A DNA stretch of 64,000 nucleotides from positions 23,376,001-23,440,000 of the forward strand of contig NC_086109.1 in assembly GCF_963921235.1 (NCBI RefSeq). Direction: 5' to 3'. The translations under genes were made by a program, and so were the position numbers. Origin of the DNA: Mobula hypostoma (taxonomy: Eukaryota). This document shows, piece by piece, positions 25,610-38,640 of the stretch. Positions within the stretch are counted from its first letter, which is position 1, and each line of letters opens with the position of its first letter. The notes beneath the pieces are model-generated. The model was given only the letters and a program-made list of their open reading frames with translations, was not told the DNA's origin and ran no database searches.

Positions 25610-27150
25610 GCTCATAGAGTTGTGAAGTTGTACATCACGGACACGGGACCTCCAGCCACCATATCCACGCAGACCTTTTCATCCACCTGCAACCATCCCA
25701 TGTGTCTGCATTAGGCTGGCATCCTTAATATGCCTGGTCTATTCCAATGGCTATTAAGTGTAGTAATGGTATCTGATTCCACCATTTCCTCTGGCAGCAA
25801 ATTCCTGATATCAAATCAAATCAAGTTTAATTGTCATTAAAACCATACATGGATACAGCCGAATGAGACAGTGTTTCTCTGGGGCCAAGGTGCAAAAGCA
25901 TACACGTACATTCAAAATAACAAGAAAGTAACAAAAAAACCATAGTCATATAAGAAAATAAATTTTTAGACCAACTCCCTGAGTGACTGGTCCCGCGAAT
26001 TAATAGTTACTGGCAGTCCAGCCTGTAATTCCTCTGATCCAACACTGGAGGGCAGCACCAATGGGAGAGGCCACCTCCAACCGAGCCCGGGCGCCATGCT
26101 ACAATGCAAGCTCGAGGACTGATGCCTAGTCCTAGCTACAACTGAGGCGACACTACTGCCTCGACGCATGTCTCTCCGCCTGTCATGCCACCAGACAAGG
26201 GAAGCAGGCCTGTCGCAATCAGTCTTCAACAGGGCCTTCTGATCGCAGAGGAAACATCCAAGACAGTCACTCATGGTTTCACTGCACGCCGCCTTTGCGC
26301 CAGTTTGAAGGCACCAACTCCGGAGGCTTCGAGTAACATGCAGCAGCATGCTCTTCTAAACCCAATCCAGCTCCTTCTGTGGTCCGACGGCCCAGCTCAA
26401 ATTCCCCAGCCCGATGGCTTGCTTGAATCCCCAGGCCTGGCAGGCTGACTTGACCTCACCGGCCTGACAGCCCGAAGGCCCGACTCACTTTCTCCAAACC
26501 ACCTGCCGGCTCTTACAACGCCCCGGCTGGCTACTCCGAACAATGAGCAGCTCACTGATGTGCAGTACAGGTAGTTATTGGAGTCGAGAATAGTCTTACA
26601 ACACATTTAACAAGGGAAAGGAGCACCTTCAGTTGGCCCTCGAGAGGCCACTCTCTGTATAGGCTCCGCCAACTTACTGGATATCAACCACTCTCTGTGT
26701 AATACTTCTTAGGACGCTTGTAAAACTCACCTTCTCACTCTAAACCTACACCTTGTAGTTTTGGACACCTTAACATGGGACATGGATCTGACAATCTACC
26801 TTATAAGTACCTCTCATAATTTTATATACCTTTATCATGTCACCCCCTCAGCCTTCGTCACATCAGGGAAAAAAAGCCCAGCTTATCCAATTTCTCTTTA
26901 TATGTGAATCCCTCTGACCCAGACAGCGTCCCGGTAATTCTCTGCACTCTTTGCAGCCAATCCTGTGCTTCCTACAGTGTGATGACAAGAGCTTCACGTA
27001 ATACTGCGGCCTACCCAGCGTTTTGTAAAGTTGCAGCACAATAGCTTGGCATCCTGATTCATGAAGGCAAGTAAGCCAGTTGCTCTTTTCACCCTATCAA
27101 TCTATGTTGCCACTATCAGGAAACTAAGGACTTTGATCTCTAGTTCTCTC
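25610..27150 (-). mobile_element. CR1 3' relic split by an 865-bp insertion
   Basis: CR1 sequence ctggcagcaaattcctgatatcaa resumes as gatatcaaccactctctg after the insert. Confidence 0.7.
25815..26679 (-). mobile_element. Non-autonomous LINE-derived element with 8-bp TSD
   Basis: gatatcaa at 25807-25814 and 26680-26687; minus 5' end cagtaagttggcggagc, (ttgat)n tail; related heads at ~410-520 and ~63485-63620. Confidence 0.7.
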
Positions 27151-28419
27151 CATTCCTTAGTGCCCTACTGTTATAGCCCATTTCGATTTGACTTTAAAAT
27201 GTAAGACCATGGGATTAAATTTCTGGGATACAGAATTCCAAAAATATATTCCTTCCTGAAAAGAAATTCCACTTCATCACAAGTCTTAAATGTTGACCTC
27301 TTATTCTTAAACAATGTCTCCTAGTTTTAGACTCTTCACCTGTGAAGACTCAGCATTTATCCTTACAAACCTTCCCAGAATCTTTTTAAATCAGAACATT
27401 AAGTACCTCATTCTTATCCTCTGGTTTATTCCCTGACTAATGCCTCCTTGTAATATGTTTTATACATAGAAAAGAAAGAATTGCTTGCTTTTAAAATCTC
27501 AGGATATCGCAAAACCTATTTCAGCATCTACCCACTTTTGGAAATGCGGTTACTGTTGTAAGGTAGGAAGTGTGGCAACTGGGTTCTGCTTTGTAAAGCC
27601 CCACTAAAAGCAAAATAAAGACGTGAAACAGGGTAGGAAAATACTGAGTAGGATGGGCTGTTCCATTATGTGGACAGGGAAACAATTAGCCTTTTAAACT
27701 GCTGACCTGTCATCAAATGAGAAAATGCTAGAAGCTTTTCGTGGTCAAAAGGAAGTGAAGTGACATGGAAAGGGAGCAGAAAGGGAAGGCCTTGGGTTGG
27801 AAGGCAAGTGAGATTAAATGACAAAAAGCTATTGATAAACATGAGATCCTGCAGATGCTGGAAGTCTTAAGCAACACACACAAAGTGCTGGAGAAACTCA
27901 GCAAGTCAGGAAGCACCAGTGAAGGGAAGTAAACAGTTAATGTTTTGGGCCATATGCAAAAGAGTACAGTAATGGAACATGTGAAATGGGTGTACAGGAG
28001 GTGTAAATGCAGTGGCAGAATGTTTACTAAAAGCTGGGCTTTAAATGAATGAGTGTGGTGGTTAGTGTCTGAACTCCTCCTGGTGGGTTAATGTGCTTCG
28101 TCGTGAGGGAACTACCATTCCTTGAGTTTGCATTGAACGTTGTTGGAACTGAATGCAGAAATCAGAACGGGAGCCGGAGTGAGACAGGGAATTATATTGA
28201 GAGGCGATGGGGAAGGTGATAGCTTTGTGAAATATCGTCATTTAACCTGTATTCAGTCTCCCCAGTGTAGAAACAATAAACTGCATTAGGACCACTGAAC
28301 TCCAGTTGAATACATAATTGTTTTAATGAGAAGGATTGCTTAGGAATACTTGAAAGGGCAGGATGTCAGCTGCGTCTCCATTTGGATGGAATGCGTGGCT
28401 GGAAAGGAAGTGGAACGAC

Positions 28420-29125
28420 ACCGGAATAAAAAGGGGGAGGTGAAGGAGGACTAGCTAGAAAGTGATAGGTGAAGCCATGTGGGTGGGAATGGAAAGGTAA
28501 AAATATAATTACTAGAAGGAGAAATCGATGTTCATGACATCCGGTTGGAGGCTACCTAGATGGAATATGAGGTGTTGCTCCTCCACCCTGAGAGTGACCT
28601 CATTGTGGCAAATGAGGAAGCCATGGAGTAACATGTTGGGAACTTGAATGGAGATAGGAATTAAAATGGTTGGCCACTGGGAAATTCCACTTTTGGCAGG
28701 TGGGGCGGACAACATTGATTTCCCCTTCCGATAATTTTTTTTTCCCTCCACCCTCCTTTTTTGATTACTTACTCTGCCCTCGTATCTCTTCTCTTCATCT
28801 GCCTAACACTGCCTTCTGGTGCCCCTCCTTCCCTTTCTCCCATGGTCCACTCTCCTTGTCTATCAGATTTCTGCTTCTGTAGCCCTTTACCTTTCCCACC
28901 CACCTGGCTTCACCCATTACCTTTCAGCTTGTCCACCTTCCCTTCCCACCTCCTTTTTATTCTGGCATCTCCTCCCTCCCTTCCTTTCCAGTCCTGAAGA
29001 AGGGTCTCAACATGAAACCTTGGCTGTTTATTAATTTCCATAGATTCTTCCTGACCTGGTGAGTTCCTCCAGCAATTTTTGTGTGTTGCTCTGGAATTCT
29101 AGCATCTGCAGAATCTCTGATGTTT
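28420..29125. mobile_element. Penelope 3' fragments in inverted arrangement
   Basis: Minus ORF 28512-28751 ends RVEEQHLIFHLGSLQPDVMNIDF; switches to plus-strand 3' UTR/pLTR near 28710. Confidence 0.75.
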
Positions 29126-31419
29126 TAGATTAAGGACCATTTGTTACAGATTTTAATGAAGTCTGAAGATATTTTTTCTCTCTACTGACAGAGCACGTTA
29201 CACCCTTGGCTGAATGTTGTCCTCAGTATTTATTTTGGAGTTCAGATTTTGCTGATAATTCTATTAGAATTCTCATCTCCTCTAGATCCATTCTTTTGTT
29301 TTTTTTAATTGTTCAATTACCACATTTAATGACGATAACAACTCACAGGCTCTGTGAGTTGACATTAAAATGCTCTCTTGTACTCTGATAGTTCCTGTTT
29401 CAGCTTTAGTTTTCTTGAACTGAATAGACATGAGAACAGAATAAAGGAAGAAGTTGCTCTTGAGTTCTGTTTTGCAAGGGAAGAACTTGCCAAGTGCCTC
29501 CAGTTAAAGCCTGGAAACAAAAAGGGATTGGAAAGGCTTAGGGGTGAGGAAGGTGTGGACATAATTGCACATGAGGTTTTGTGGATTGTCACAAATGCAG
29601 AAGAGGGATGGGGCTGGGGTGAAGTTTTGACGGTGGGATAGATAGAGATCCTGTGGAGTGAAGACCATAAGACTACAAGACATAGGAGCAGAATTAGACC
29701 ATTTGGCCCGTAGTGTCTGCTCCAGAAATCCATCATAACTGAGTTATTATCCCTCTCAACCACAATTTTTTGCCTTCATCCCATAACCTTTGGGCCATTA
29801 ATAATGAAGAACCCATCAACCTCTGACAGAAGGGACAGAATGAGTAGTTGCCATGGTGGAGGTGACATCAGAGAGAAAGAAGACTGGCCTTGTGGAGGAT
29901 GGGCATGCTTGATGAGCTGAGGATAAGGAAACCCTGAAAGGAGTGGAAGTGGGGAAATTCTGATTTTGAGGAGGGAGCTAGATGAGTGGAGATCATGGGA
30001 ATCTTTAGGATGGAGGGTGCCTGATGTTGGGATGCAATATTTTGGATTGTGGATTATTTGGCTAAAGTGGAGTGAAGCTCTGGAAGGGTCTGACAAGAAT
30101 TTCGTAAATAGGTTGACTAAGATACAGAAGTGGGCCCGAAACAGTAAGCTGACTTCCTGTTTGTCTTTAGCATTTTCAGTATCTTTTCCTTATCTAACCG
30201 TGTGGCTATCATTGTCTCAGCCTGCTCCCAGTATGCTCCCACAAGGACTTCATTTGCCCTGCCCTGAATTTCTAGGAAAGAAATACAATCTGCCGTCTAT
30301 AAAAATCTAAAACCATCTATCAAATCTATAATCAGCAGGGTACAATGCAAATTATCAAAATTTAAAAACGACAGAAATGCAAGCCACTGGCTGAGTCAGC
30401 AGGTTGTGTATGATTCCCCCTAGGCTCTTCAGCCTGAACATTCTCCTCCTTTCCCATCCATTCAACTCACTTCACAAACTGCATAGTGCAGTTTTAAGGA
30501 CCAAATGATATTCCCTCGCTTCCTTGTTTGTAAAGTAGCAGGGAAAACATTCTGACCTTGATCAAGGAAACAGCCAGTGGGTGAACTTAAATTTGGGATA
30601 AAATAGAATTATTTCCTGTTTACGAATAGCTTTTTTTGATCTTTTTGAATTCAACAGACTATGGAAGGGTATATAATTAATCTTCTCACTGGTTAGACTG
30701 TGGGTGTAAACTTGCCTCAGTTAGAAACTGTTTCACTTCCTTGACCTTGGATGAAATTGGCTCTATTCATGTCTATAGCTGCAGTTGTATAAAATATTCC
30801 ATCAGCTAGCTGCATCAAACAGATGGGGAAATATATTAAGCACTTGCAGTGGTCTAATAGAAATTGCTAAAAAAGGAAATCTCCAGGCTGGGTCAGGAAA
30901 ACTTCATAATTGTTTATGTTACATGTACATTGTTAGATTATGAGAACGCTCAGTCCTCTTTTATTGTCATTTAGAAATGCATACATGCATTAAGAAATGA
31001 TACAATGTTTCTCCAGAGTGATATCACAATATCACATTTTCTAACATATTGCATTGAAAATATGCAATATCATTTGTATTTTTGACATATGCAGTGATGC
31101 TTGGGATTATTTCGGGAAGAGGCTGCTGGTTGGTTATTGAAATCTTGTCTTTACCTTCTAAAAATGACATTGTTTTAATTCCATTTAGACTTATTTTAAT
31201 ATTGATCAGCTTGAGGACTGGTTAACCCTGTGTTACTGAAACACTGTACATAGCATTGGATATCGTCAGCCCACCAGTTGTCACAGCTAATGCACCAAAG
31301 CTCTGGTCGGTGTGGAAAAGATCAAAAACTTTCTTCAGAACAGAATGCATGAGCCTTGTTTGCTGCTATGGATTAATATGGCAAAATGTGCATTGGATCA
31401 AACGGTTACAACAATAGAT

Positions 31420-31740
31420 AAAAGATTAGATTTCTTTTCTCGCATGTACATCGTAACATATAGTGAAATAGGTCGTTTGCATCAATGACCTACACAGTCT
31501 GGGGATGTGCTGAGGGCAACCCGCAAGTGTCGCTGTGCTTCCAGTCCCAATTTAGAATGCCCACAACTTAAGAACCCTAACCTATATGTGTTCTCAATGT
31601 GGGAGGAAACCAAAGTATCTGGAGGAAACCCACAAGATTACAGGGAGAACCTTTAAACTCCTTACAGGCGGTGGCAGGAATTGAACCCTGATCGCTGGCA
31701 CTATAAAGTCTTGCACTAACTGCCATGCTACAGTGCCACT
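31420..31740 (-). mobile_element. tRNA-derived SINE
   Basis: gggaggaaacc..ggaggaaacccac..aaactccttacag..ggaattgaaccc; same family as 520-670. Confidence 0.65.
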
Positions 31741-31775
31741 GACTACTGGTTAACTATTGTTGAAAGGTGTCAGAA

Positions 31776-33047
31776 CACCCTGTCTCTTGCAAAAACGCCA
31801 TCCCCTTCTCGCAATTCCTCCGTCTCCGCCGCATCTGCACTCAGGATGAGGCTTTTCATTCCAGGACGAGGGAGATGTCTTCCTTTTTTAAAGAAAGGGG
31901 CTTCCCTTCCTCTACTATCAACTCTGCTCTTAAACGCATCTCCCCCATTTCAAATACATTTGCTCTCACTCCATCCTCCCACCACCCCACTAGGAATAGG
32001 GTTCCCCTGGTCCTCACCTACCACCTCACCAGCCTCCGGGTCCAACATATTATTCTCCGTAACTTCCGCCACCTCCAACGGGATCCCACCACTAAGCACA
32101 TCTTTCCCTCCCCCCCCCCCTGCATTCCGCAGGGATCGCTCCCTACACAACTCCCTTGTCCATTCGTCCCCCCCATCCCTCCCCACTGATCTCCCTCCTG
32201 GCACTTATCCATGTAAGCGGAACAAGTGCTACACATGCCCTTACACTTCCTCCCTTACCACCATTCAGGGCCCCAAACAGTCCTTCCAGGTGAGGCATCA
32301 CTTCACCTGTGAGTCGACTGGGGTGATATACTGTGTCCGGTGCTCCCGATGTGGCCTTTTATATATTGGCGAGACCCGACGCAGACTGAGAGACCGCTTT
32401 GCTGAACATCCACGCTCTGTCCGCCAGAGAAAGCAGGATCTCCCAGTGGCCACACATTTTAATTCCACATCCCATTCCCATTCTGACATGTCTATCCACA
32501 GCCTCCTCTACTGTAAAGATGAAGCCACACTCAGGTTGGAGGAACAACACCTTATATTCTGTCTGGGTAGCCTCCAACCTGATGGCATGAACATCGACTT
32601 CTCTAACTTCCGCTAAGGCCCCACCTCCCCCTCGTACCCCATCTGTTACTCATTTCTATGCACACATTCTTTCTCTCACTCTCCTTTTTCTCCCTCTGTC
32701 CCTCTGAATATACCTCTTGCCCATCCTCTGGGTCCCCCCTCTCCTTGTCTTTCTTCCCGGACCTCCTGTCCCATGATCCTCTCGTATCCCCTTTTGCCTA
32801 TCACCTGTCCAGCTCTCGGCTCTATCCCTCCCCCTCCTGTCTTCTCCTATCATTTTGGATCTCCCCCTCCCCCTCCAACTTTCAAATCCCTTACTCACTC
32901 TTCCTTCAGTTAGTCCTGACGAAGGGTCTCGGCCTGAAACGTCGACTGCAGCTCTTCCTACAGATGCTGCCTGGCCTGCTGCGTTCACCAGTAACTTTGA
33001 TGTATGTTGCTTGAATTTCCAGCATCTGCAGAATTCCTGTTGTTTGC
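31776..33047 (+). mobile_element. 5'-truncated Penelope-like element (RT thumb + GIY-YIG endonuclease + pLTR)
   Basis: PFSQFLRLRRIC; CKRNKCYTC..GVIYCVRC..YIGETRRRL..RFAEH..LEEQHLI..QPDGMN; frameshift in a C run at ~32110; TSD gtcagaa at 31769-31775 and 33048-33054. Confidence 0.92.
32911..32948 (+). ncRNA. Minimal type I hammerhead ribozyme motif in Penelope pLTR
   Basis: Stem I tagtc/gactg; core CTGACGA; stem II agg..cct; GAAAC; GTC cleavage triplet; stem III reduced to palindromic ACGT. Confidence 0.7.
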
Positions 33048-34361
33048 GTCAGAAGTTATGTAGTGTTTGTGTGAGATGCCAAGAGCCTAATGTTAATCCC
33101 ATTGGGTTGGGGATTGGGTCATGAATTTAATTTGTTCAGAACCCTCACCTTTACACAACATGACAACAAGGTGCCACTTCTTAACTTACCGGAGGCAGGC
33201 ACAACAAGGGATCAGTTACTGACCGATAGCAGCCCTGATTTTGATGTCACTGGATACGTTTCCCAGGATTAGGAGCTGAAATGAGGCGAGGGTCATTCCA
33301 GAGGTGAAGTGAGTGCCTTTACAGTTTTGCTTGTGAGTCAGGAGGGAGGATACTTGTTCTTGGCTCATAGTTTGGTTCCTCTCAGCTTTCTCTACGCCCA
33401 CAGATACTTTCTTCTTACAGAGAGTGTTGAATCTCTAAAATGTTCCACTTTTTTGAAGGCCGTGTAAGTGAGATCATTGAAGACATTTAGAAAAGAAGCA
33501 GACATGTTTTTGAAAGAGTAGGGAGCTGAGTGTTATGGGGAATTGGCAGAGAAGAGGCAACAGGACTGAAGTAGATCTGTCGCCATCCTAAAGAATGATG
33601 AGGTAGTCTCGAGGGGGCAAGAGGCCTATTTCTGCTCCTTCTTTCTTTTAATCTTATGTGACATACAGTCATACCCAACATGAACACAGACCAGTCATCA
33701 ACCACTGAATCGTGGCTATTTATGGAGTAGGAGTTGGGCCTATTAATCAGGCTGATTTCCAGAAGATTAAAATACTCATTGAGATGGAAGCAACACTCCA
33801 TTGCTTGTGGGGAACACTGGACGTCTCTGGAATGATTGGGGATAATCTGTAAAATGATTTCCCCATTCAATCAGCTAGTGGGATCCAAACTGCAACGAAA
33901 ACAAATGAAAATGTGCAGAAAAAATATTGGTCAAAATTAAGGTGACCTTCCATATTTTAAAGTTAATGATTGTCCCTGAACATATTTTGGATACCGTAGA
34001 GTTCCGGTTCTCTGTTTTCTGATTTAACGCAGCATTAATCCCCAGTCTGTTATGAAGGTTGCTCTGAGTGATTAGCTTTACATTTGCATGTTAGGTGCAT
34101 TTTAAGCCCCCGTCCCCTCTCTGTCTCTTCCATTTTATTTTTCAGCTGGTATGTGGCCTTGTGGGTGAAGAGTTCCACAGCCAGTCCAACAGCCTTTCTT
34201 CAGTTGTGAGTTTTGCAGTGAAAGGGCAGTTTTACCTGGGATAGTTCTTTATGACCGATAGGGGGCTATTTCAGTTCTTGGCATAAAACAGAGAACAACG
34301 CAGCACAGCCCAGGCCTTCGATCCACAAGGTTGTGCTGACCTATATGACCTACCCACAATA

Positions 34362-35130
34362 AGTCTGCAGATGTTGGAAATCCAGAGCAACACTCCACCT
34401 GCAAGTCTGTCGGGGTCATCTACTGTATCCGATGTTCCCTCTGCTGCCTCTGCTATATCCATGAGAGCCGATGTAGACCATGTGTCTGCTTTGTTGAGTA
34501 CCTTCATTCCGTCTGCAACAGGGAGGATTGCCTGATGGGCAACCATTTTAGTTACATATCCCATTCTCACTCCATCACATCATGTCAGTCCAAGGCCTCC
34601 TCAGATGCCACGATGAGGCCACTCTCAGGTTGGAGGAGCAACACCTTGTATTCCATCTGAGTTGCCTCCAACCTGATGGCATGAACATTAGTTTCTCCAA
34701 CTTTCGGTAACTTTTCCCCCTACCCCTTCTCTCTTTCATCATTCACCTTTCTGACTCCCTTTTCTCCCCTTCTCTTCTCCTCACCTGCTAACCACCCACC
34801 TCTGGTACCTCTCTTCCTTTTCTTTCTCCCATAGTCTACTCTCCTCTCCTATCAGATTCCTTCTTCTTCAGCCCTTTACATTTTCCACGTATCACCTCCC
34901 AGCTTTTCACTTCATCCACCCTCCCTCACTTACCTACCTTCCTCCTCATCTGGCTTCACCTATCACCTTCCAGTTTGGACTACTCCTCCTCTCCAGCCTT
35001 CTTATTCTGGTTCGTTCCCCTTTCCACTCCAGTCCTGATGAAAACTGCAGCCGAAGACATCGACTCTTTATTCCTCTCCATAGATGCTGCCTGACCTGCT
35101 GAGTTCCTCCAGCATTCTGTGTTTGTGTTA
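34362..35130 (+). mobile_element. Older Penelope 3' fragment with short inverted 5' segment
   Basis: Decayed GIY-YIG end (RLEEQHL..QPDGMN), pyrimidine-rich UTR, pLTR; 34362-34392 is the reversed pLTR extension. Confidence 0.75.
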
Positions 35131-35309
35131 CTTGACAATCAATCTAACCCTTCTCTCCTACACTGCCAATAACCCTCCAATTTTCCTACATCCATGTGCT
35201 TATCCATAATATATCAACCTCTCCCACCCCCTGCAGTGCATTCCAGGCACCTACCACTCTCTGTAAAAAAAAAAGCATACCTCTGATAGCAAGACCAATT
35301 TCATAAGAC

Positions 35310-38300
35310 AACGAAACAATAAGATAAGGGAGCAGAATTAGGCCACTCGGCCCATTGACTCTGCTCCACCATTCCACCATCACTGATTTATTATTCCTGT
35401 CAACGCCATTCTGCTGCTTTCACCTCGTTAGCTTTGATATGCTTACTTATCATGAACCTATCAACCTTCTATTTAAATATACCCAATTCCTTCTGTCTGT
35501 GGCAATGAATTCTACAGATTCATCTCCCTCTGTTCTAAAGGGATATTCCTGTATTCTGAGGCGGTACCCTCTGGTCCTAGACTCCCCCACTATTGGAAAC
35601 GTCTTTTCCACATCCTCTCTATCTAGGCCTTTCAAGATTCAATAGGTTTCAATGTGATCCCCCCCATTTTTCTAAACTCCAATGAGTTCAGGCTCAGAAC
35701 CATCTAATGCACCTCATACTTTCGCCTTTTTATTTCCAGAATCATTATCGTGGATCTCCTCTGGACCCTCTATAATGCCATTACATCTTTTTTTAGATAA
35801 GGAGCCCAAAACTGCTCACAATACTCTGAGTCTGGTCTGGCTTTATAAAGCCTCAGCATGACATTCTGAGTCCTTGTCCCCATTCCAACCTCACTCCTTC
35901 GGAACGCTCTGCTCTCCACTCCCTCTGCACTAATCCTAACCTTATTATTAAACCTGCCGATAAGGGGGGTGCTGTTGTAGTCTGGCGTACTGACCTCTAC
36001 CTTGCCGAGGCACAGCGACAACTCGCGGATACCTCCTCTTACTTACCCCTCGATCGTGACCCCACTAAGGAGCACCAGGCCATTGTTTCCCACACCATCA
36101 CCGACTTTATCCGCTCAGGGGATCTCCCATCCACTGCTACCAACCCTATAGTTCCCACACCTCGCACTTCCCGTTTCTACCTCCTACTCAAGATCCACAA
36201 ACCTGCCTGTCCTGGCCGACCTATTGTCTCAGCTTGCTCCTGCCCCACCGAACTCGTTTCTGCATACCTCGACACGGTTTTATCCCCCCTTGTTCAATCC
36301 CTTCCTACCTATGTTCGTGACACTTCTCACGCTCTTAAACTTTTCGATGATTTTAAGTTCCCTGGCCCCCACCGCTTTATTTTCACCATGGATGTCCAGT
36401 CCCTATATACTTCCATCCCCCATCAGGAAGGTCTCAAAGCTCTACGCTTCTTTTTGGATTCCAGACCTAATCAGTTCCCCTCTACCACCACTCTGCTCCG
36501 TCTAGCGGAATTAGTCCTTACTCTTAATAATTTCTCCTTTGGCTCCTCCCACTTCCTCCAAACTAAAGGTGTAGCTATGGGCACCCATATGGGTCCGACC
36601 TATGCCTGCCTTTTTGTTGGGTTTGTGGAACAATCTATGTTCCGTGCCTATTCTGGTATCTGTCCCCCACTTTTCCTTCGCTACATCGACGACTGCATTG
36701 GCGCTGCTTCCTGCACGCATGCAGAACTCGTTGACTTTATTAACTTTGCCTCCAACTTTCACCCTGCCCTCAAGTTTACCTGGTCCATTTCCGACACCTC
36801 CCTCCCCTTTCTAGATCTTTCTGTTTCTGTCTCTGTCTCTGGAGACAGCTTATCCACTGATGTCTACTATAAGCCTACTGACTCTCACAGCTATCTGGAC
36901 TATTCCTCTTCTCACCCTGTCTCTTGCAAAAATGCCATCCCCTTCTCGCAATTCCTCCGTCTCCGCCGCATCTGCTCTCAGGATGAGGCTTTTCATTCTA
37001 GGACGAGGGAGATGTCTTCCTTTTTTAAAGAAAGGGGCTTCCCTTCCTCCACTATCAACTCTGCTCTTAAACGCATCTTCCCCATTTCACGTACATCTGC
37101 TCTCACTCCATCCTCCCGCCACCCTACTAGGAATAGGGTTTCCCTGGTCCTCACCTACCACCCCACCAGCCTCCGGGTCCAGCATATTATTCTCCGTAAC
37201 TTCTGCCACCTCCAACGGGATCCCACCACTAAGCACGTCTTTCCCTCCCCCCTCTCTCTGCATTCCGCAGGGATCGCTCCCTACGCAACTCCCTTGTCCA
37301 TTTGTCCACCCCATCCCTCCCCACTGATCTCCCTCCTGGCACTTATCCATGTAAGCGGAACAAGTGCTACACATGCCCTTACACTTCCTCCCTTACCACC
37401 ATTCAGGGCCCCAAACAGTCCTTCCAGGTGAGGCAACACTTCACCTGTGAGTCGACTGGGGTGATATACTGCATCCGGTGCTCCCGATGTGGCCTTTTAT
37501 ATATTGGCGAGACCCGACGCAGACTGGGAGACCGCTTTGCTGAACATCTACGCTCTGTCCGCCAGAGAAAGCAGGATCTCCCAGTGGCCACACATTTTAA
37601 TTCCACATCCCATTCCCATTCTGACATGTCTATCCACGGCCTCCTCTACTGTAAAGATGAAGCCACACTCAGGTTGGAGGAACAACACCTTATATTCCGT
37701 CTGGGTTGCCTCCAACCTGATGGCATGAACATCGACTTCTCTAACTTCCGCCAAGGCCCCCCTCCCCCTCGTACCCCATCTGTTACTTATTTTTATACAC
37801 ACATTCTTTCTCTCAGTCTCCTTTTTCTCCCTCTGTCCCTCTGAATATACCCCTTGCCCATCTTCTGGGTCCCCCGTCCCTGTCTTTCTTCCCGGACCTC
37901 CTGTCCCATGATCCTCTCGTATCCCTTTTGCCTATCATCTGTCCAGCTCTTGGCTCTATCCCTCCCGCTCCTGTCTTCTCCTATCATTTTGGATCTCCCC
38001 CTCCCCCTCCAACTTTCAAATCTCTTACTCACTCTTCCTTCAGTTAGTCCTGACGAAGGGTCTCGGCCTGAAGCGTCGACTGCACCTCTTCCTACAGATG
38101 CTGCCTGGCCTGCTGCGTTCACCAGCAACTTTGATGTGTGTTGCATGACATTCTGGCTTTTAATTTCTTGTCCTCTTGAAAATGAATGCTAACTTTGCAT
38201 TTGCCTTCCGTACCATCCCACTCAAACTGTAAATTCACCTTTAGGGAATCCTGCACAAGGACTCCCAAATCACTTTGCACCTCTGACTTCCAAATTTACT

Positions 38301-38640
38301 TCTGGCTTAGAAAATAGTCCACGCCTTTATTCCTTTGACCAAAGTGCGTGACCGTACACTTCCCGACATTATCCTCCATCTGCCACTTCTTTGCCCATTC
38401 TCCTAAATTGTCTAAGTCCTTTTGCAGACTGTCTGCTTCCTCAACAATACCTGTCTTTGTATCGTCTGCACACTTGGCCACAAAGCCATCAGTTCTGTAT
38501 TCAAGTCATTAGCACATAATGTAAATAGAAGTGGTCCCAACACCGACCCCTGCAGAACACCGCTTGCCACCAGCAGCCAACCAGGAAAGGCTCTCTTTAT
38601 TCACATTCTATGCCTCCTGCCTTTAGTCAGTCTTCTATCC
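35310..38640 (-). mobile_element. CR1 relic split by the Penelope insertion
   Basis: Minus frames CADDTK..LQKDLDNLGEWAKKWQM (38296-38481), LRLYK..EYCEQFWAPYLKKD (35770-35868), MKGLDREDVEKTFP..SRTRG. Confidence 0.8.
35869..38142 (+). mobile_element. Penelope-like element, 5'-truncated, near-intact RT + GIY-YIG
   Basis: Frame open from ~35872: IIKPADKGGAVVV, KIHK..GRPIVS, MDVQSLYTSI, GVAMG, RYIDD, LPFLD; frameshift near 37250-37300; then GIY-YIG (VIYCIRC..YIGET). 13-bp TSD gcatgacattctg at 35856-35868 and 38143-38155. Confidence 0.95.

Noticed and set aside
29365..29763. Overlapping ORFs as coding exons
   Set aside because: No recognisable domain or convincing splice sites; runs into a CR1 tail.
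38045..38082. Second active hammerhead
   Set aside because: GAAA core changed to GAAG; the copy at 13869 has AGC instead of GTC and the copy at ~49490 has AAAA.
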